Below are positions 16,523 through 22,486 of a stretch of 22,486 nt of DNA, one piece after another. Position 1 is the stretch's first letter; each line of letters opens with the position of its first letter. Position numbers and translations under genes: made by a program. This DNA comes from Candidatus Sigynarchaeum calidifontis (GTDB taxonomy: Archaea; Asgardarchaeota; Lokiarchaeia; Sigyniarchaeales; Sigyniarchaeaceae). The notes under the pieces are model-generated. The model made no database searches. It saw only the letters and a list, made by a program, of their open reading frames with translations, and was not told the DNA's origin. The stretch is taken from the NCBI GenBank assembly GCA_030587475.2, contig JAUQYZ020000242.1, forward strand, positions 1 through 22,486. Direction: 5' to 3'.

Positions 16523-17787
16523 ACGAAACGACCGCGGCAGGGCCGCCCTCGATCCCGCCATTCAAGCTCTACGTGCCTGGCGAAGGCCACCCGGAATGGA
16601 GCCGGCTCTTCGCGGAGGCCGCTGGCCTCGCCGCCCGTGTCCTAAAGAATACAGGACCATTTACCCTACGCGACCGGCTCGCGCGCTCCAGGAAGCGCAC
16701 GGGCGCGCTGTTCAAGACCCTGGCGAACCTCGCGAGAAACCGGCGTATCGCAAAGAGTGGGTCCGAGAATTTTGTGCCTCTTTTCTTCATCTGGACTATG
16801 ACTAATGCTTGCAACTTCATCTGCTCGTACTGCAGCAACCACCGGGGTGGCAAGTATCCCGAGCTGTTCAAGCAAGGCTTGCGCGAGAATTTATCGACCG
16901 AGCAGGGCAAGCGCCTCATCACGATCATGAAGGCAGCGACCGCCATCTATTTCTGCGGCGGGGAACCGACCATCCGCAAGGACCTTCCCGAGCTGCTCGC
17001 GCACGCGCACAAGGAGGGCATGTTTAACTTCATCAACACGAACGGCGCCCTCATCGGCAGCCTGCTCGAGAAGCCGGCGTACAAGGACTTCTTGCGCCAG
17101 ATGGACGTCATCATCGTGTCGCTCGACGGCTTGAACGTGAAGGAACTGGCACGCATGTACAACGCCAACGAGGGCGCCGCCGAGACGGTCGTGCGCAACA
17201 TCGTCGCCTTGTGGATGCTGAACAAGATCTTCCCATTCAAGCTCGTCGTGAACGTCGTCATCTGCAAGGAAAACATCACCGAGGCACGCGCGGTTCTCGA
17301 TTTTTGCAATGACCTGGGCATCACGTTTTCACCCGTCAGCGCCAACATCGACAACCACCCAGACCACGTGCTGCTCGCCGATCCGGGGTATCTCGCGCTT
17401 GTCGAGTTGATCCTCGAGCGTGCACGTCAGGGATATCCCATGATCGCGTCCGCCGCCATGCTCGACCGGCTCCTCCACGCCCGGTTCAAGGATTGCTATC
17501 CGGCCGTGTTCAACCACATCGACCACGACGGCAAGGCGTTCTGGCCTTGCAAATCATACCCGGGCGCCGTGAAGGTCGATGTCCTCGCTTGCAAGGATGC
17601 CAGGGAGCTGCACGCGATGGGAGACGAGCTCGTGCGGGTGACCGGGTTCCACGGGGAAGGCCCCGGCAAGTGCGGTGGCAGCTGTGCCTGGATGCAAGAC
17701 TGCGTCACGGAAATCTACGGACGTGCCGCGATCCAGGGCATCTTCAAGAGCGGCGTGCTCAAGGAGATACGTGGGTTGATGAAATGA
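16519..17787 (+). CDS. Radical SAM enzyme with SPASM/Twitch-like C-terminal domain
   Basis: CNFICSYC (CxxxCxxC), GGEP, INTNG and VSLDG, with C-terminal Cx17C (ending WPC) and Cx3Cx5C. Confidence 0.93.
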   Translation: MNETTAAGPPSIPPFKLYVPGEGHPEWSRLFAEAAGLAARVLKNTGPFTLRDRLARSRKRTGALFKTLANLARNRRIAKSGSENFVPLFFIWTMTNACNFICSYCSNHRGGKYPELFKQGLRENLSTEQGKRLITIMKAATAIYFCGGEPTIRKDLPELLAHAHKEGMFNFINTNGALIGSLLEKPAYKDFLRQMDVIIVSLDGLNVKELARMYNANEGAAETVVRNIVALWMLNKIFPFKLVVNVVICKENITEARAVLDFCNDLGITFSPVSANIDNHPDHVLLADPGYLALVELILERARQGYPMIASAAMLDRLLHARFKDCYPAVFNHIDHDGKAFWPCKSYPGAVKVDVLACKDARELHAMGDELVRVTGFHGEGPGKCGGSCAWMQDCVTEIYGRAAIQGIFKSGVLKEIRGLMK

Positions 17788-17888
17788 TACACGTTGCAGT
17801 GATTGTGCTGATTCTGGAAACCTATTCAAGGGCCAAGCAGCACCATTAATCTGCGCGCGGACGGCAGCATCGGCGGGATGTGCTCCAA

Positions 17889-19751
17889 ATGGAAGAAAAG
17901 TCGCAAATTTTGAACAGAGGAACCAGCCTCATCGACGTGCACGGGAACTACACGCAAGGGTGGGAAAAAATAGGCTTTCACAGGGCGATCGCGGGTTTTT
18001 TTGTCAATTACGTGCCGGCCTTGCTGATGGCTATCTTGTTCATCTTCGTCTCGGGAATGCTCATTCCCTCGCTGTTGCCGTATCCAGACGCGAACGGATA
18101 TTACGAAATCACGCGCAGCATGTACGCGCTCATGTTTTTGCTTTTCGATGCAGGCGTTGGTTCCGCGCTCGGCCGGTTCGTTCCCGAGTATCGCGTGAAA
18201 GATCCGCAACGTGCTTTAAAGTACATTTCCTTCTTCGTGTGGTTTCAAATGTTCACGGGCTTGACCCAGGTCACCGCCATCTCGATTTTCGTGTTGTACT
18301 ACCTCCCAAGGCTCTCGACCGCGCACCTGGCCTGGATATTCCTGGTATACTCGACCATTCAATATCCGGGCATGCTTAGCGTCATGGACAGCGTGCTCAA
18401 GTCTTTCCAGCATTATGGCAAATATATCGTGGTGAAGGTGTTCCAGGACGTTTTTCAATTCGGAACGCAAATCATCTTCATTTTACTCGGGCGCTGGTGG
18501 GGTGCATCGAATCCAGCCGTGGGTGAGCTCGTTGGCATGAGCGTTGGGCTCGTGCTCGGCCTTTACATAGACGATTTCTTGGCATTCATCTTGGCTGCAA
18601 GGCTCTTCGACAAGATCTTGAAGGGCATCGGTTTATCCATCGGATCCTGCTTGCGTCCTAATTTTACAAGGGCGATTGCCAAGGAATCGCTCGCATACGG
18701 GCTGAAGACGATGCCCGCGGGCATTTACGGCAACATACTGGGTTTCGCGTCCTTCCTCGTCACGTTCTCCATCTTGCCGCAATACGCGGCGTGGATGGGC
18801 ATGATCTCGCTGGCCAAGAATTTCACGGGCATAATCGACCTGCCCGGCACGATCAAGAGCAATACTGACTATTCGATCTCGGAAAGCATGAACAACGGGA
18901 AGAAGAACCTGTCGCATTACTACCTGGCACTCGAATTGAAGTGGCGATTCTTCTTAACAATGTATCTTTTCATCACAATAATCATTATGGTGCCGATCGC
19001 CCTCGGTTCCATGCTCAGCGTGTTCGGCGAGAACTGGTTGCCCGCTCTCGGCTTGATCCCGCTCCTTGCGATCCCGAATGTCATCAACATCTTCGAGAAG
19101 CCCTTGTCGTTCACGCAGGTCAACCATCCCGGCTATGACCAGGCCATCGGGCTCGTGCAATCCACCGTGTCTTTCTTGTGGTACATGTTCCTCATCTACG
19201 TCGTGAACGTGAACCTCACGATCACGATCTTCATCTTGAAGGACATCCCGATCCAGCTCACCTTCATGGCCTTGAACTGGATCATCGTGCACGTGAAGAT
19301 AATGCGTGTCCGGTTGAGGGATTTCGCCATGCAAGCCTTCGTCCTTCCCCTCATCCCCATGGCCATCTACGCAGGGTTCTGCATGCTCTACGGTACGTAC
19401 ATCTTCCCGCCTGTCGCGGGGGTTATCGGGGACATCCCGTTCGCCGTGATAACGATCGCCATGGTCTTGTTCTTGTGGCCGATCTTGATCGTGTGCCCGC
19501 TGATGGGCATCTTCGGCGCGTGGGATCAGTACAGCATCGACTCGTTCAAGCTCACCGTGGAGCTGTCGGGGCCGTCGAAATTCATGATGCGGCTCATGTA
19601 CAAGGCTTCGCTGCTCATATACAACGTCAGCCCGCTCAAGGGCCGGTTCCCCATCAAGGGAAGCGAGGTCGCCGCCAAGGAGGCCCTGGAACTCGAGGAA
19701 TTCAAGCGCTCGCACGACCTGAAGAACGTCAAGGAAGTCATCAATAGATGA
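17889..19751 (+). CDS. Wzx/MOP-superfamily flippase-like membrane protein
   Basis: About 620 aa with roughly 14 TM segments. LFDAGVGSALGRFVPEY resembles the Wzx/MurJ TM2 motif, and AKESLAYGLKTM marks the mid-point. Start ATG 17889 (or GTG 17880). Confidence 0.75.
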   Translation: MEEKSQILNRGTSLIDVHGNYTQGWEKIGFHRAIAGFFVNYVPALLMAILFIFVSGMLIPSLLPYPDANGYYEITRSMYALMFLLFDAGVGSALGRFVPEYRVKDPQRALKYISFFVWFQMFTGLTQVTAISIFVLYYLPRLSTAHLAWIFLVYSTIQYPGMLSVMDSVLKSFQHYGKYIVVKVFQDVFQFGTQIIFILLGRWWGASNPAVGELVGMSVGLVLGLYIDDFLAFILAARLFDKILKGIGLSIGSCLRPNFTRAIAKESLAYGLKTMPAGIYGNILGFASFLVTFSILPQYAAWMGMISLAKNFTGIIDLPGTIKSNTDYSISESMNNGKKNLSHYYLALELKWRFFLTMYLFITIIIMVPIALGSMLSVFGENWLPALGLIPLLAIPNVINIFEKPLSFTQVNHPGYDQAIGLVQSTVSFLWYMFLIYVVNVNLTITIFILKDIPIQLTFMALNWIIVHVKIMRVRLRDFAMQAFVLPLIPMAIYAGFCMLYGTYIFPPVAGVIGDIPFAVITIAMVLFLWPILIVCPLMGIFGAWDQYSIDSFKLTVELSGPSKFMMRLMYKASLLIYNVSPLKGRFPIKGSEVAAKEALELEEFKRSHDLKNVKEVINR

Positions 19752-19884
19752 ATTACATGATCCAGATTCATGGTATACAAGGCACGACGTCGCCCGGAAT
19801 AAACAGCAGCGGGCGAGAAGGGGCTGGCACGTTGCCATAGATATTTATTTCTCCCCGGAATGGAAGAACAAGGAGTTAGATCCT

Positions 19885-20418
19885 ATGGAATCTTACATTG
19901 CTGCTGCAAACGCACGCCTGGCCACCCCGGCAGAGACGCCTCTCGACGAGCTCGGCGGCCTCGAGATCCTGGTGGAATCACTCAGCATCAAGGTCACCGA
20001 GATCCTGGGCAAGAACACGCTGCTGGCCATGGCCTACCAGATCGGCAAGGAACCGGCCGACAAGATCTCGGAGCGGCTGCTCGCAGCCCGGAACGGCGCG
20101 CTCTTCGACCATCCTGTCGAGGCGTTCGTATCCCTCATGGAAAACGTGAAAAATTACTTCCACATTCAAATCACGTCTATCGTGCAAGATGACCAGGGCC
20201 GCGTGATCGTGTCGTTCAAGAACAAGTGCTACTTCCGCTCGGCCGTATCGCACCGGCCGGGCTTGAAAATCGGCACCGCCTTGTGCCGCATCACGAAAGG
20301 CTACATCGAGACCGCGATCGCGAAACTCACGAGCTGGAAGGCCGAGGTAAAGTTGATCGGGCAAGATGAAACGCAAGCCCAGTGTATTGAGCAAGTAAGC
20401 TTCACGCGGTCAAAATAA
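19885..20418 (+). CDS. Stand-alone V4R-domain (Bet3/TRAPP-related fold) protein
   Basis: LAMAYQIG helix, then KCYF…LCRITKGYIETAI…QCIEQV (three V4R-type Cys). An AAGGAG SD lies upstream. Confidence 0.8.
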   Translation: MESYIAAANARLATPAETPLDELGGLEILVESLSIKVTEILGKNTLLAMAYQIGKEPADKISERLLAARNGALFDHPVEAFVSLMENVKNYFHIQITSIVQDDQGRVIVSFKNKCYFRSAVSHRPGLKIGTALCRITKGYIETAIAKLTSWKAEVKLIGQDETQAQCIEQVSFTRSK

Positions 20419-20555
20419 TCTTTTCCATTTTCCCCGATGTTTCTCCCACGCCTTTCTTCATGCCTTGGAACGTTGAGGATTGTGGTCAAGTGGACATTCT
20501 TCGACGCGCTGAAGAGAGGAAATGACGTTTCATTCAAGGCATTTTATGTTACATG

Positions 20556-20561
20556 TTTATA
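20556..20561 (+). promoter_or_regulatory. Candidate TATA box for the ABC exporter operon
   Basis: TTTATA lies about 50 nt upstream of the inferred start, with palindrome AATGA-CGTT-TCATT at 20521-20534 upstream of it. Confidence 0.4.
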
Positions 20562-20613
20562 TTCCCGGGTTTTCTTCATCCACGAGAAGAACTACCTCTT
20601 GCAGGTGAACGTT

Positions 20614-21567
20614 TTGAGCACATCGCTCGTGAGATTCGAAAACATAGAAAAATCTTACAAGGACACGAAAGCCTTGAAGGGAATCTCGTTCGAGATCAAG
20701 AAGGGCGAGATCTTCGGCTATATTGGGCCGAATGGCGCCGGCAAGACGACCACGATCAAGATCCTCGTCGGCTTGATACGAGACTTCGCCGGTTCTATTT
20801 TTATCAATGGCGAACCACTCGATTACGGCAGCAACGGCTTCCACCGGATGCTCGGGTACCTCCCGCAAGACGTGGGATTCCAGGAATGGCGGACGGTCGA
20901 CCACGCGCTCATGACCTTCGGTCGCCTTTCGGGCATGAAAAAGGATGACGTGCGGGAACGCATCCCCGGCGTGCTCGAGCTCGTCACGCTCGATGGCGTG
21001 AGGTACAAGCACATCAGGAAGCTCTCGGGCGGCATGCAACAGAAGCTCCTTCTCGCCCAAGCCTTGCTGCACGACCCGGAATTTCTCGTGCTTGACGAGC
21101 CGATGACCGGCCTCGATCCCCTTTCGCGGCATCATTTGAAAAACGTGTTCCAGCACGTGGCTCGGAAGGCCGGCAAGACCATCTTTTTCTCGACCCATAT
21201 CTTGAGCGACCTGGAGGGGGTCTGCAACACGATCGCCGTGCTCAACAACGGCCAAATCATCAAGATCGGGTCGCCCAAGGAGATGCGGGAAGAATACCGG
21301 ACGCGAGACATCGTGGAGGTCGTGTACGCGGATGGTGCACCTGCCCTTTCGGACGTTTCTGGTTTGGACATGGTCGAGGAAATATCGATGACCGAGGACG
21401 GGGCGCAGCGCATCGTCTTGAAGCGCGGGAACGACCTTGACTCGTCGATCACGCGCCTCATGGCCCGGCTCGTGGAGCAAGGCTGCAAGGTACGCAATCT
21501 CAACCTCGTGCGGCCGACGCTCGACGAGGTATACTTGCAGCTGATAGGAGGGGAGAGAAAGCCATGA
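20614..21567 (+). CDS. ABC-2 type transporter ATP-binding protein
   Basis: Walker A GPNGAGKTT, Q-loop YLPQ, signature LSGGMQQK, Walker B LVLDEP and H-switch STH. The start is inferred at TTG 20614 after AGGTGA (20603-20608); the ORF-track extension to 20437 looks non-coding. Confidence 0.93.
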   Translation: MSTSLVRFENIEKSYKDTKALKGISFEIKKGEIFGYIGPNGAGKTTTIKILVGLIRDFAGSIFINGEPLDYGSNGFHRMLGYLPQDVGFQEWRTVDHALMTFGRLSGMKKDDVRERIPGVLELVTLDGVRYKHIRKLSGGMQQKLLLAQALLHDPEFLVLDEPMTGLDPLSRHHLKNVFQHVARKAGKTIFFSTHILSDLEGVCNTIAVLNNGQIIKIGSPKEMREEYRTRDIVEVVYADGAPALSDVSGLDMVEEISMTEDGAQRIVLKRGNDLDSSITRLMARLVEQGCKVRNLNLVRPTLDEVYLQLIGGERKP

Positions 21568-22259
21568 GCCTGAAACTGCTGCTGCTCGACGAGCTGCAAG
21601 GGTTTGCCAAGTCCAAGATCACGATTATCCTCTGGATCGGGCTGCCCGTGCTCACGATCGTCATGAATTTCTTGACCTCGGAAGACTTCAGCCCCATTCT
21701 CACCTACACGTCAGCCGTCATGGCCACTAGCATCGCGGGTGCGCTGGGCTCGGTCATGTTGTCGACATCCATCACGAGCGAGATGAATAAACATGTCTAT
21801 GACTTGTTCCTGATTAGACCTGTCAAGCGCCGAAACTTGATCATTGCAAAATATATTGCTGTGTACGCGTGCTTGCTCGCCGCGGTCTTCATCGCCATTG
21901 GCACGAGCCTCATCATCGACGCCATCCGAAACATCGAGATGCCCCAGTACCTCGTGGAGCAGTCGACCAAATCGATCATCACGACGTTCTTCGCCCTCGG
22001 GATCACGTGCTCCTTCGGTGCATTGTTCGGCATTGCCATGAAATCCGTCGCCGCGTCGGCGCTGCTCTCGTTATACGTTGGCAACCAGGCCAGTGCCTTG
22101 CTCACGCTCGTGATCCCGCTCATCTCGGAGGAGCTCGAGCTATTGTACGGGATCACCTTCCCGGTCGACATATTCGTGCTGTCCATGGCCATCGGAGCGG
22201 CGGTCGCGGTCGCGATGTTCGTTGTCGCCTTGCTGGTGTTTGAAAAGAAACAATTTTAG
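21564..22259 (+). CDS. ABC-2 type transporter permease
   Basis: About six TM segments and the ABC-2 motif SITSEMNKHVYDLFLIRPVKRRNLIIAKY. ATGA overlap with the ATPase and a GGAGGGG SD. Confidence 0.92.
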   Translation: MSLKLLLLDELQGFAKSKITIILWIGLPVLTIVMNFLTSEDFSPILTYTSAVMATSIAGALGSVMLSTSITSEMNKHVYDLFLIRPVKRRNLIIAKYIAVYACLLAAVFIAIGTSLIIDAIRNIEMPQYLVEQSTKSIITTFFALGITCSFGALFGIAMKSVAASALLSLYVGNQASALLTLVIPLISEELELLYGITFPVDIFVLSMAIGAAVAVAMFVVALLVFEKKQF

Positions 22260-22260
22260 A

Positions 22261-22276
22261 CCTTTTCTTTATTATT
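22261..22276 (+). terminator. Putative oligo-U terminator between convergent genes
   Basis: CCTTTTCTTTATTATT directly follows the permease stop. Confidence 0.4.
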
Positions 22277-22291
22277 CGAAGAAACACGTTG

Positions 22292-22486
22292 TTACGCGTG
22301 CTGCTCTTGATTTTTCCGGGAAACAAGATTAATTGACACGAGGGCTGCAGCGGCGACGAACATGGTCAAGATGTACACGTATCCAAAGCGCGTGTCAAGC
22401 ACGGGAAATATGAACATCGCGAAATTGAAGGTCGTGTGAAACAAGAGTGCCGTCAACACGCTCCCGTTCGTGTTGTTGTAAATCCA
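22292..22486 (-). CDS. C-terminal part of a CPBP (CAAX protease/Abi, Rce1-like) intramembrane metalloprotease; truncated by the window edge
   Basis: Manual translation gives WIYNNTNGSVLTALLFHTTFNFAMFIFPVLDTRFGYVYILTMFVAAAALVSINLVSRKNQEQHA*. YxxTxGSxxxAxxxHxxxN is the last CPBP motif. It is absent from the ORF track. Confidence 0.85.
   Translation of the reverse strand, partial: WIYNNTNGSVLTALLFHTTFNFAMFIFPVLDTRFGYVYILTMFVAAAALVSINLVSRKNQEQHA

Noticed and set aside
18954-19838. 294-aa minus-strand ORF
   Set aside because: It is an antisense shadow of the flippase, expected in GC3-rich genes.
20437-20613. N-terminal extension of the ABC ATPase in the ORF track
   Set aside because: The region contains a T-rich tract, a TATA-like element and an SD before TTG 20614, so it looks intergenic.
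20557-21480. 307-aa minus-strand ORF
   Set aside because: It lies antisense to an unambiguous ABC ATPase.
1-22486. CRISPR arrays, tRNA/rRNA genes, tandem repeat arrays
   Set aside because: Intergenic regions are short (at most about 300 bp) and I saw no regularly spaced repeats or cloverleaf signatures by eye. A covariance-model search was not possible.

Overview
Gene-dense archaeal DNA, most likely from an Asgard archaeon of the Lokiarchaeia/Promethearchaeia type. This is inferred from a CPxC...CxxHxF zinc-ribbon protein, a WD40/PCI-like protein, a stand-alone V4R/Bet3-like protein, an archaeal-type HerA-NurA pair and GGAG/AGGTG ribosome-binding sites. From left to right the window holds: (1) a minus-strand trio of a zinc-ribbon membrane protein, a multidomain WD40 protein and a Zn-binding hypothetical protein; (2) a visibly more AT-rich minus-strand operon mre11-rad50-herA-nurA (5053-11391) with a non-canonical gene order and several motif substitutions; (3) an MBL-fold hydrolase converging on an MFS plus CaCA transporter pair; (4) a plus-strand membrane/lipid-looking run (His-motif membrane protein, internally duplicated membrane protein coupled to a radical SAM/SPASM enzyme, Wzx/MOP-like flippase); (5) a V4R protein, an ABC-2 exporter pair and the 3' end of a CPBP (CAAX/Abi) protease. 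The best candidate for novelty is the WD40 protein. It appears to fuse a beta-propeller, a PCI-like winged helix and an Arg-rich linker to a segment resembling the exosome-docking C-terminal domain of archaeal DnaG, plus a terminal winged helix, which suggests a possible undescribed RNA-exosome adaptor. All family calls come from motif recognition by eye; no searches were run. No rRNA, tRNA, CRISPR array or transposase was recognised.
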